A stretch of 64,000 nt of DNA from Atractiella rhizophila (taxonomy: Eukaryota): the NCBI GenBank assembly GCA_021432655.1, contig MU271214.1, positions 61,544-125,543 of the forward strand. Direction: 5' to 3'. A program made the position numbers and the translations under genes. Under the pieces are notes generated by a model. It was not told the origin of the DNA. It searched no databases and saw only the letters and a list, made by a program, of their open reading frames with translations. Below are positions 25,582 through 36,796 of the stretch, one piece after another. Within the stretch, counting starts at the first letter, position 1; each line of letters begins with the position of its first letter.

Positions 25582-26830
25582 CCTGGTTGGCCGGCAGGCA
25601 AGGATTTAGCCACGATCCTGTTCCTGACAGAGACAGGGTTAAACCCTAAAGTACCGTTAGTAGAGGTACCCATGAAATATTTTAAATTCCTAGGCATTGA
25701 GGAAAATAAATCCCATACTAATGAATTTTATTGTTTCAAGATTGAGTTTGAATTTCTTTTCCCTTATTCTCCACAGCGACAAGAACCCGCTGTTCGGATT
25801 GAGAACCTGTGGCGTCTAATGCTCGAAAACGGTATGGCCAATCTTTGTGTGGATGTCAACCCGCAAGGTGTGACCACGGCCATTGGATCTAAACAACACA
25901 ATTGCTAAGCTCTATTACTGAAAATCATATCAGCTGTACAAGTGGTAAGCCAACTATCTGTTTCACCAGGGTCACTCCATCCATGGGGCCATAACGTGCC
26001 TGGCTCAATTGATTTGATAACCCTGACCGTGTACCGTTTCAAGAAAGGGAGTAAACCAGGAGATACAGCTATAACCTCAATGGTCATAATCTGATTAACA
26101 CAAGGATGACAGACTAAGGAAAAGCCCTGGCTAGCGTGTTCAGGTTTGAGCACCCAAGTTGCCTTAGTTGTACCAATTCCCATGCTGTACAACACCGAAC
26201 TTTGGTTCCCAAATCGCCCATCAAAATCTATTGGGTAGGCAACCGATTCATCCGCAGGATTTGACCTTTGCCTCGCCTTGATCCTACAAATCCCTTTGTT
26301 TGTTTGCAGTGGGAAATGGAGATTTCACGGACCAACTTTTCAACGGTTTGTTCGGAAACAGAGATTGTATTATAGGCGGTTGGCTTGATTGTTCTGCATT
26401 CCAAGTCCCAAAACCTATGCTGAAAACAATGGTAATGTTGCGGTTCAGGCGGCAGACATCTAGCTGAAGAGTAAATCCTATTGCAAACTCATTTGTGCGT
26501 CTGATGATACTCAGATCCTGCTGATACACCTAATTGTAACTTGGTATAACCCAAGCAGCCTTAGGAAGAGGGACATACCTTGGTTATTGTCAGCATCTCA
26601 TGAAGGCTGTGAAGTGTCAGTTGGGATCAGTTTGCCGGTCCAAGTATATGAATGCTCACCCCATTGATCCTTGGATTTCTGCATGTTGAAATCTTTGCAT
26701 CGTTTTATCGGTGTTAAGCATTGGTGTTGATGCTCGCGTAGGTCTTATGCAGTCGTCGCGTCCTATGAGATTGTTCCTGAAGCGAAGGGTGGGCTCTATG
26801 AGGGAAAATGAACCATCTTATAAGGAGAGA

Positions 26831-29800
26831 TTATCTGAGCGCACCAACATCCTCCTCAATGTAATCTGCACACTCTAAATCCACACTCTTTGACGAAACG
26901 AGGGATGGAACATGGGCCCAAGGAGTGCGGAATTTTGTTCCACAATGGTCTCCTTGGATGGCAGACAGCCTGTCTCCCCTCTGCAACACTCTGAGGTCAT
27001 CCTCGCAAGAGAAAGGGACCTTCTCTCTGTCATGAATACATTGACCTTGAGTCTGTTGATCTTCCACTCCACCATAGAGCAGCTTTGCGTCCTCGAACGC
27101 CCTCAGGGCATCCTCCAAGCGACCAAGCACAATGTTGATTTCCCCAATGCCGCAAATGCAGTAGGATTGACCACGTTGATGTCCCAATTCTGCATAAAGC
27201 ACCTTTGCCCCTTCAAACGCCTTCAGCGCATTCTCCTTCCGACCACGTTGAAACTCGATCTCCCCAACGTTGCGGAGGCAGTGGGCTAGACCTTGTCGAT
27301 CTCCCACTTCCCCATACAACAGCTTCGCTTCCTCAAATGCCCTCAGGGCATCCTCCAAGCAACCACCATCGTTGTCGATTTCCCCAATGCTGAAAATGCA
27401 GTGGGCTCGACCTTGTCGATCTCCCGTAACACCATAGAGTGTGGCCGCCTCCTTCAATGCTTTTATGGCATCCTCATTCCGGCCACATCGAAAGTGGGTC
27501 CTCCCGACGCTGAAGACGCAATTGGCTTGACCTTGTAGATCTTGCAATTCCTTGAACACCACGTTTGCCTCTTCAAATTTCTTCAGGGCATCCTCATTTT
27601 GTCCACACCAGAAATCCATCTCCCCGATGTTGCGAATGCAGTGGGCTTGACCCCGTCGATCTCCCAATTCCACATAAAGCACCTTTGCCTCTTCAAACGC
27701 CTTCAGCGCATTTTCCTTCCGACCACATTGAAAATCGATCTCCCCAACGTTGCGGAGGCAGTGGGCGAGACCTTGTCGATCTCCCACTTCCCCATACAAC
27801 AGCTTCGCTTCCTCAAACGCCCTCAGCGCGTCGCCGTTCCGGCCACTTCGAAAATCGATCTCCCCGAAGTTGCGGATGCAGTGGGCTTGACCCCGCATAT
27901 CGCCCACTTTGTCATAAAGTGCTTTCGCTTCCTGGAATGCCATTAGCGCATCCTTGTTCCGCCCGTCTCGAAAATCAATCTCTCCGATGCGCCGAATGCA
28001 GCGAGCCTGACCCTGTCGATCTCCCTTGCTTTGATAGAGCATCCTCACCTTATGGAATGTCATCAGTGCATCGTTATTGGCGCCTTGGTTGCGATAACAG
28101 TAGCCAAGCGACTCGGTCACTGAACAATGTAGTCTTGATAAAGTGAGCTGCTGATCTTGCGCTGTCTCCACAACACGTACCGCCTGTTGGAACAGCGGGG
28201 TAGAAAGATAGTGTTTCAGATGTAGGAACCTTGACATGTTGCTCAAATGGTGAACGATTGCTAAAGGGTCTTGTAGGTATTGCATGCTCGCTACCAGGAT
28301 GTGTTCGAGATTAGGGTATTGTTCACGGAACAACGAGAGCGCATCCTTGTCATTTTTGTACTGTTCAATAATTTTCAAACTTTTCTGAATGATATGGTTG
28401 GCAAGAGGTAAGAGCGACCAAGCGACATTCCTAAAAAATGGTGGTTTGGAAAGAGAGACAAGGAGGTTGAGATATTCGCGAATAGGAGCGAGCATACGGA
28501 GACGGTTTGGAGTATCTTTGATGTTGTCGGCAAGGGCAATCTTTGAAATTGCACCAATAACTTTGTAAGTATCCTGAGATTCATAACAGCTTGAAATGAG
28601 CACCAACAAATCCTCATAGGATAGACCGTCAGGTGCCCATGAAAGCAGAGCAAGCACGAAAGTCCCCTGTTCTCCATGTTTTTTGAGAGCCGGGGAGTTG
28701 AGAGAGAATGAGATAGATGTTTGGAGAGTGATTGTGTCCTCACACTCGTCGTCAGAGAAAATTTTTGTCTTTTTCTTCTTCCACTCATCTTCCAATTGTT
28801 CGAGTGTCGAGGTGGGGTCTTCTTCAGCACGTAAAGCGAACAGCTTGATTGACAGAGCATGGAAGTCCATCTCTTTAACTAGGCGTTGAACCAAGGGTCC
28901 CGAGAAATCGGCTTCTCTCTGATACGAGTTTTCGAAGAGTGCGAGCGCGCCTTCTTTTGGCAAAGTTCCAACTGGGACCTTGATAAACTTTACAGGTCTG
29001 TCTGCGCTCACGTCTAAAGGTTCTACTTGATCGCCACGATGGGCCACGACGAGCACTGATCCTACCGAGTTGTTCGAAAGAAGATTGCGAAAAAAAAATT
29101 GTTTCTGGCCGCTGTCAGCACGCAAGGGAGTTTCAAAGTTATCCAAAACGAGAAGGCATTTTTGATTTCGGAAATAGTCCGCCACGATCTGGAGAGAAGG
29201 TTGGCGAGATTGCGGCAGTGTGAAAATGTCGTTACAAATATGGTCGCATAGCGTAGCAAAGCTATCAAAGTTGTCACACCGGACCCAGAAGCGGAACTCT
29301 TCTTTAGTGCCTCCGTTCAGATCTGTAAAGGACTGCTCGATCTCTCTCGAGTGCAGGGTGTGGAGTGCAACTGTCGATTTTCCGTTTCCAGCTCCACCCA
29401 CAATTGCTACATGATGTCCTTCAAGTATAGCAGCTCTGGCACTTTTGACCTCCTGTTCTCGCCCAAAGCAAGCACCTGGTGGCGGCAATGGCAACCTTCG
29501 ACGAACTGCATTCCGTTCGCCGCACACTACGAGAACATCAGCATGTTATCCACTTATGAGGCAAGAGATTATACCTTGCACGAGAAATTCAGCAGCTTTA
29601 CGCGCTTCATGACCCATTGCTTCCATATAAGCTTTCGTACAGCCTACGACATCCTCCGTTCGCTCCCACTCCTCCCACTTGATGCCACCCATCGTGTTGA
29701 CTGAAAAGCGATGATAGCGATGTCCCAGACCTCCAAGCTGCATCTTCATCTTCAACTGATCCGCGATGTGGGCACAATCTTCTATAATCGCCTTCACAGC

Positions 29801-30784
29801 TAGTTCAATCTCACCTGAGGTCTGGCCCCATTTGACAGCCGGAGCGATCCCCGACCCCAGAGAGACGAGACAGGCGACTTGGCTACCTTCTCCCCAAATG
29901 TGCTTTGACTCGTCAATAGCTATTGCTGCTGGGTTATTGTTCCCAACGGCAATATATTTCGATTTGTCGATGACAATAGGAGGAAAGAATTGAGGAGCAG
30001 AGGAAGTCGCTCTTGCTGCTTCCAACACCGTACATTGAGCAGCAGAATGCACTGCACTGAGGCCGTCATACGTGCGCATCTCTGTTGAAACAACTGCATT
30101 TGCTTCATACCTTGACACAACAAAACTTCTGCATCTATCTTTGATTGCGGCATCCTTCATGGGAAGTTGGGAGGACGATACAGATGATGGAGCTTGTCGT
30201 GTAATGATCTTGTGGAAGACATCTTCGAGCCTCTCTGCAGAGTACCGGTAGCCCTCTTTCGAAGGTGGAGCTTCGTCAGAAAAGACGTTCTGCACGATCT
30301 CCTTGTACGCACTGATGGACTGTCGAACGGTCATCCCCAACCGTCCGAGCATGAGGGCAATCCACCCTCCTGTGGAAGTGCCGCAGATGAGATCAAATAC
30401 ATCACACGGCCGGATATCTTCTCCCTCAGGAACTTGAAGAATGTCTCCAACTTGGAGCATGATAGCTTCGAGCATGTAAAGGGTAGAGAGGGTGCAGATG
30501 CCCCCGTTGTCGATGGCGAGGATTCGGACACCTTGTTTGTTCGTCTTCTTGACATTCTCCGGGACTTGGAAAATTTTAACAGTTTGAACGTCGGAGGAGA
30601 CGCGGGATGGAAAGGCTGTTAGAGTGGGAGGTCTGGAGGTAATTGGCGTTGTGGTACGTGATAAGAGAACTGCTTCGCGTTCTCCCGATGAAATTTCTTG
30701 CAATTTGCTGCTCAGCATGTCGTTTTCGAACAAATTCTCCGCGTCTTCATGATAAGGATCGTTGGAATAGGTTGAGGTATCCAT
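26831..30784 (-). CDS. NLR-like receptor: patatin-like phospholipase domain + NB-ARC-type STAND NTPase + TPR repeats; exons 30784-29575 and 29526-26831 (~1301 aa)
   Basis: Patatin motifs ILAIDNGG, FDLICGTSTGG, ARATSSAPQFF; P-loop GGAGNGKS; Walker B LLVLDNFE; eight 40-aa TPR units. A 48-nt intron GTATAA...GCTGAT...GTAG (29574-29527) joins the two long ORFs in frame (CAA G|TG TGC). Confidence 0.92.
27065..28024 (-). repeat. Tandem array of 8 x 120-nt TPR-coding repeats with high internal conservation
   Basis: Units start at 28024, 27904, 27784, 27664, 27544, 27424, 27304 and 27184. Consensus GDRQGQAHCIRNIGEIDFRCGRNEDALKAFEEAKLLYGEV. Confidence 0.95.
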
Positions 30785-31899
30785 GTTGACAAAACAAGAT
30801 AAATGGTATAGACGATAATGGGAGGTGGTCTGATTTGTTGAACGCTAGACGACACCCAAGAAATGCAAATCAGATGTCTGCAGTGGATGCGAGAAAGCAA
30901 GTAGGAAACAAGTGAAATTTGAAATTGTGCTAATTGATATGGGAAGAGTAATAATCCGATCCAGAGGAACATCCGTACGTACGATGGCATGGAAGATGCC
31001 AGAGATATCTTGAATGGTTGGTGATTTGTCAATCACAAGAACATTGATAGGAAAATCAAGGAAGCAATACACAACGCCCAGTGCTTCGCGGTCCGAAGGC
31101 GGCGAAGGAGCTCTTAAAGGGTAATGGGTAATGCAGATGTAATTGGGGATGGCGGGGGAACAGAAAATCATCACTCGAAGCTCTACCCGGCACAACGTTG
31201 TCAACTTTTAGCCTCAGCCAAGCTAAACCGTCGACAGTACCAGTTTTCAGATTTGATACTCACAAGAACTTTCAGCTGTACCAATCCTGAAATACTTAGC
31301 GAAACCACCGATTTCAAGCAACACACGATCAAAATCGTACCTTAACAGCCGAATGTCTGCTTTATCTGAACCTGTAGAAGAGGGCTATGTCCGTTCGGTT
31401 GGTGGGATTCCAGAAGCAGATTGATCACTGTTTGTCCCACATCCTGAACATACATTGCCCGCCGCTCCCGACAGTAGAAATGGAGGCATTTCTCATGCTT
31501 AATTTTCTGACATATCCGATGACTTATGCAGTCCTAAGTATCTATTTCATTGCTTCATGACTTGGTCAAGTCAAGATTCAGGTTCCATGAACCCTTTTTT
31601 GATAGCAGAAGATTGCTCCACATCCACCTCCAAATTCCACCTTCAGCCTCCCAACATCTGCTCAGTCATCGTGCCGACACCACAACGAAACTCCAAAATC
31701 TTCTTCGCAGAGGCACGCTGCCAGTCCTTCCCTCTCTCCTTCTCTAGCTCCACATTCACCGTCGGACTCTCCTTTCCTCTCTCTCGCTCAGTCATCTCTA
31801 CCTCTCTCCCTCCGTCGTTCCAGCCTCCCGATAATGTTAAGTGTAGAGCAGAAGCAAAATGGAAACATCGACACTAAAGCAGGTGAGAACACCGCCCTC

Positions 31900-33075
31900 C
31901 GTCCTCAGATCACGGTCGAGATCGGGACGAGCGAAGAGAGGATGGTCGAGGCCGTCGAACTCGCGAAGCCGGATGTCATACTCGCTCCCTTCTTGACTAA
32001 GAGAGTTCTCAGGCTGGGGGAATCATCTCGCCCTGTCCTCCACGTGAGTCTTCATCCATTCCTGCTCTGCTTTCTCTCTTCGCCCTGCATCATTCGCTTA
32101 CATTACCTTACAACTAACGAATGATAATATGAACAGCCCGGTCCACCTGGCGACGACGGCCCTTCCTCCCTCGAATGGCTGCTCATGGGCGATGACGGAG
32201 GGATTGAAGATCCAAAGCGCGCCTTGGTCTATCTGACAAGCGATGGCAAGGCAAGAACAACAACAAAATGGTGGGGAGACACCGTTTTTCAGGCCGTCGA
32301 AGAGGTGCGTCTTTACTTTTCTTTGCTTTCTTTCCTCGAAGAAATAGAAAGGTTGAACGAAAGTCGAACATCTTTTGGTGAAAATGAATATCATAAGAAA
32401 ATACGTGCTGATTGAAGGAACAGCTTCAGGCTGGCCCTGTCTGGGCCACTTCCGAGTTCGCTCTACCTACCTTCGAGACTGAGACCAATCCTCTCTCTAC
32501 CGGTACTACATCACCCCACACTGCATCCAAGCCATCCACCTCCTTCTCTCTCTCTCCACACCTCTCCCCTCCTCCCCTCCCTCCATCCTCCTTCTCCTCC
32601 TTCTTCTCAACACCGATGCACAGCCGCCGCCTCCTCAAGCCGTCCGAAAAAGACTTCGACCCTTTCATCGAGACCGCCACCTCCGTCTCCCGCAAACTTC
32701 GCGCTCTGACTCCCAGCCTGAGATCTTGAGCAAAGCGCTCGGTCCCGCCCTGTTCCTCTACGGGGTACGATCGAAGTCTCACCTTCCTCCTTCGAGGGGA
32801 GTGTGAAGAACACAGCTCCAAGAGAGATGCGGGGAAACGGGTGGAGCGATCTTGCTCAGGTGCAGGGACGGTGCGGTGTGGATCTCCCATGTAGAGCACC
32901 TAAGGCGAAGGCGGATGGGAGGGAGGGAATGAACACGAAGGTATCTATTGCGAGTGTTTTAGAAAGCAGAGTCCCGGGAATATGAGTAGAGTGAGGGAGA
33001 TCGAGTTGAGAGGACTAGAGAGGAGGGTGGGCACCTATTAGGAGTTCTGCCTCGAGGAGACGGAGGCGGGAGAGG
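31900..33075 (+). pseudogene. HoxX/HypX-like (formyltransferase N-terminal half) gene relic
   Basis: ITVEIGTSEERMVEAVELAKPDVILAPFLTKRV...H|intron 32044-32136|PGPPGDDGPSSLEWLLMGDDG...WGDTVFQAVEE|intron|LQAGPVW, later LFLYG and GAILLRCRDGAVWISH. Frameshifts and stops; enoyl-CoA-hydratase half absent. Confidence 0.72.
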
Positions 33076-33382
33076 TTGTCACCGCCTGTTGGAAAGTCTA
33101 TGGAGCTTTCTTCACCGAACAGTGCGAAACTTCAGCTTCCAATCCTTCTGGTCCTCGTACTCCCAAGAGCGCTGAACGTATCCCTCCTCCGGCGCGCACA
33201 CCCCTCCCTCCACCAGCGCCGCATGTCAACGGCGAGTCAAGCTTCCTTGCTCTCGCTGGGACCCCGAAAAGAGACCGATTTGCTCTTCCTCGAGACGCCT
33301 CGTTCCTTGTTTCCCCACTTCCGACATCACAAAAACGAAGTCTGGATGATCAGGTTCCGACGAGAATTAGCTCTGTTATGCG

Positions 33383-33458
33383 AAAACAATGCACCGCGAA
33401 AACCTTCCCTCCTCTCCTGCCCGGGGCTTCATAAACGCACCGAATTGTGTACCTGATT
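33383..33458 (+). repeat. 76-nt dispersed repeat, copy 1 (copy 2 at 43814-43890)
   Basis: AAAACAATGCACCGCGAAAACCTTCCCTCCTCTCCTGCCCGGGGCTTCATAAACGCACCGAATTGTGTACCTGATT recurs with a few substitutions and one indel at 43814-43890. Confidence 0.92.
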
Positions 33459-36400
33459 AGGCATACGAGTAGGCTGCCAGAGCCCGTTTGACGTGAAAAA
33501 TGCCGCTTTCTCCCTATCTCTCCTTTTTAAGACCACCTGCCAATACCCGGAAGCAAGGTCGGGGGAGTATGGTGACTGAGAGGGCTTGAGAATACCTTGG
33601 TCGAGCATGTCGCGTACTTGCTTGTCGATCTCCCGTTGTTTCATTGGGTTGGCACGATGGGCTCTGGCTGAGGGTGGTCGCTTCCCGTCTTCGATTTCGA
33701 TTCCAAACTCCACCCCTCTTGCTGTTCCCAATTCCTCCAATCCTTTCGCAAATTGTCCACCTCTTTCCAACAAGAACTCCTTCAACCGCAGGCCCTCACT
33801 CTCCGTTATCCCATCTCCCAAGTCCAACCCCTCTAAATCGTCCTCCGTAATGGAGTAACACTCGTCAGCCGTTTTCGAAGATGAAAGGAGTTGTGAGGCT
33901 GAGGGTGCATTGAAAACTTGAAAGTCCTTAAGGTTGGCAAGGTGTCCTACGATGGTGCCTTTTGGAAGTCGTACCTCGTCCCCCCGCACGTTGATGAAAC
34001 TGAAATATTGATCAGAATGAGATTGTGGGTTGAAGTTGGTGTCCTGAAAAGATGGACAGAAGAGGCGAAATCAGTTTGCGATTGGAAATAAAGGTCGTTG
34101 TGAGAGAGAGTGGGGTAGAAAATGAGTTTAACATCGGTTGCTGAATGGGGAGGCAGGATGGCGTCGAGTTTGAGTCGTACTTCTTTCCTGGCTCCCGTCA
34201 GTGGTTCCTGGTCAACAGGGGGTAGGGGAGAGGGGGATGGCGGTCTGGGAGTGGATGTACCCTTCTTGGGCTTCATTCTCGGATTACCTACTCTACACTT
34301 CACTTGTTCAGTAGACATTTCACGAGACTTGGAAGGAGGAGGGATTGGCATGGAGGAGAGGCTAAAGGGTACAAAAGCATCATGACCTTGCTTCCAGAAA
34401 CGCAAAGAATGATTTCTGAAGTTGATAATAACTCCATACTGTTCCATCACCTCAGTTCCGATCAAGCAACTGAAGTGATTGCCGTCCAGGACGTGGCAAT
34501 CCACGGCGAACTCCTCCCCCATTATCTTGACCTCCAACGTCGTCACTCCTACCACTGACGCAGGGCCACCAGCCATATTCGAAGCACCCATCGGCCTCTC
34601 CAGCTCCCTAATTTCCAGTCCCTTCTCTTCACAATAGCCCCGGGTTACCACTGACTTGGAGCAGCCAGTATCCATACACAACATTTCCACTTTTCTGTTA
34701 ATGATGGCATGGAACATCACGATCCCTCGAAGGGTCATTCGTAGGGCCGGAACTTGGAGAAGTCGAAGGGGCGGCGAGAAGGGAGTGGAGGAGGAAGGTC
34801 AAAAGTCGCATCTGGAAACGAATTGTATGGAGGAAAATCGGAGTGTCGAGGGGTGAGGAAAATACTGTTGATTTGGGCAGTTTGGTGGTGAGGAACCGGG
34901 GGCGGATCTAGGAGGTCATGTGGTGGTTTGACATCTTGAGAGATGTCGCCACAAAAGAGGGGGTTGGTGAGAAGGATAGTTTCTTGTTTTGAAGTTGCTG
35001 AAAGTGTCGGGGAGGAGGGAGGTTTGGGCATGAAATAGCAATCCTCCTCTTCTGTCACCGAGTGGGTTGTTGATGCGAACGAAAGAGGGCAGTAGGGATT
35101 ATAAAGTCTTCTGTGGTTAGTAACGGAAGTAGAGGGAAAGGATTGGGGAAACAAGGCAGACGGAAGAGAAGAAAGAGGTCGTGAGGAGAACATTATGCTT
35201 CCCGAACAGGCTCCTCCTCCTATCAGGTGTTGGCTTCCCCCGCCAACAAGAGCTCATCCATGGAGCGGGTCCTCCACTCATTTCCAACATAATACCCATA
35301 CCCAATTCCTTCCCCCCTGTTGTCCTCACTTCTTCCCAACATTTCAAACTCCTGCACGAATTCCTCCTCCTCCCATTCTTCTTCTCCCTTCCCTCCACCA
35401 TAAGTGAACGCCCCAACGTCTCCTCTTTGTGTATTCCCAGCGGTGATGGCTCGTCCAGCCTCATTCCTTGCCCTCAACTCCCTTTCAGGATGCATTAGAG
35501 GGCCAGGTAGGCTTCCTAGTGGAAGGTTGTTTGGTGGGGTTGCTGGAGTATTGGTCGGACCACGAGAAGGATAAGGCGATGCAGGAGTTATGGGTTGAAT
35601 GGGAGAGGCGAAATTAGGACGGGAACGGGGATTGAAAGGAGACGGGTACGGAGAGACTGAGTCTGGAAACGGGTTGCTTATTCTAGGAGAGAACGGGAGG
35701 AGAGTGGAGGTCTTCTTTGTTGAGGTTCTGCCGGAGGAGTGGTCGTATCGGAGTAGTTGGAGACGGGAGGTCGCAAGCGGGGAGTGGGGTAGTAGAGTTC
35801 GTTCCTTCAGTTGAAAGCGGTATTTCGGTCTGTTATCTCATCAAGCATCCCTAACCCCGCAGCTCTACCTTGCTCGTTGGGTTCAGCCTTGAACGCCACA
35901 CCCTTCTTACAAAGAGCAGAACGTCCGCTTGGCACACCATAGAGCGAGGTGCGGTAGCTCTCACTTACCTCTGCCCTAGCCAAATCCAACATCACCAACT
36001 CCTCTTTTACTTCCCTCCAAGATAGCTCCGCCTCCATACCCATCCTCCTGCCTTCTTCACTCTTCCCATACCACATCTTCGCAATCCACTCCTTGAAATC
36101 CTCCACCTCGATCATCCGTAATACCTCCCGAATCCGATGCTTGTCCCCCAAGATTTGTCCCCATCTACACCACTGTTCCACTTCTTGAAGGAACTCTGCC
36201 ATCGTCTCCCCCACATGATCCTTATCCTTAAACCTCCTCTCTGATATTTTCGCCAACGCCTTTGACGCCCTTGCCGCATGTGCAAGGTAGTTCGTAAACC
36301 TCGAACACAGGGTATCCATAAGGGTCTCATACGATTCTTGGACGCCTTCCGCCACATCCTGAAGGACTCGGCCAGCCAATGACGTTGGTTTGATACACTC

Positions 36401-36796
36401 GCCAGACAGTAGGATTACTGCCTTACGTTGGTCACTGTCGGGATCCTCGTCGTACTTATAATGACGAAAATAATGTTCCATTTGCCTAGAGAATTGCTCG
36501 GAGTCCTCGTCCGTATCCTCTCCTTCGCCGGTAAATGAGGGAACCTTGAGAGAAGGAACCGGCTTGACTCGAGTGGTTGATGAGGTATCGATGGATGGTT
36601 GCGGCGTTCCACGAAGGATTTGTTGAACGAAACTGGCGAGTTGATCTTGGGAGAACTGGATGATGGGCTGCAAGGAGGCAGAAAGTGGAAGATGGGGCGG
36701 TGAGTCGCGCCTGGATTTGTTGTCTCCTTTGTCCTCCGAAATTTTGTTGATAGGATCGTGGAAAGCGGGGGTCAGATTGCCAGAGGTCTGTGGCAA
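33459..36796 (-). mobile_element. Ty3/Gypsy retrotransposon relic (gag, aspartic protease, partial RT)
   Basis: Gag-like ORF 35807-36796 (LKVPSFTGE), protease MDTGCSKS...CLIGTE, RT start EIDKQVRDMLDQGILKPSQSPYSP fused through a deletion to DLASGYWQV...DREKAAF...RMP, then cut at 33459. Confidence 0.88.

Noticed and set aside
25614..25650. LINE endonuclease motif (ILFLTET)
   Set aside because: No other APE or RT motifs nearby; better explained as a short duplicated DNA motif.
26912..28146. Plus-strand repetitive ORFs
   Set aside because: Antisense shadows of the TPR array.
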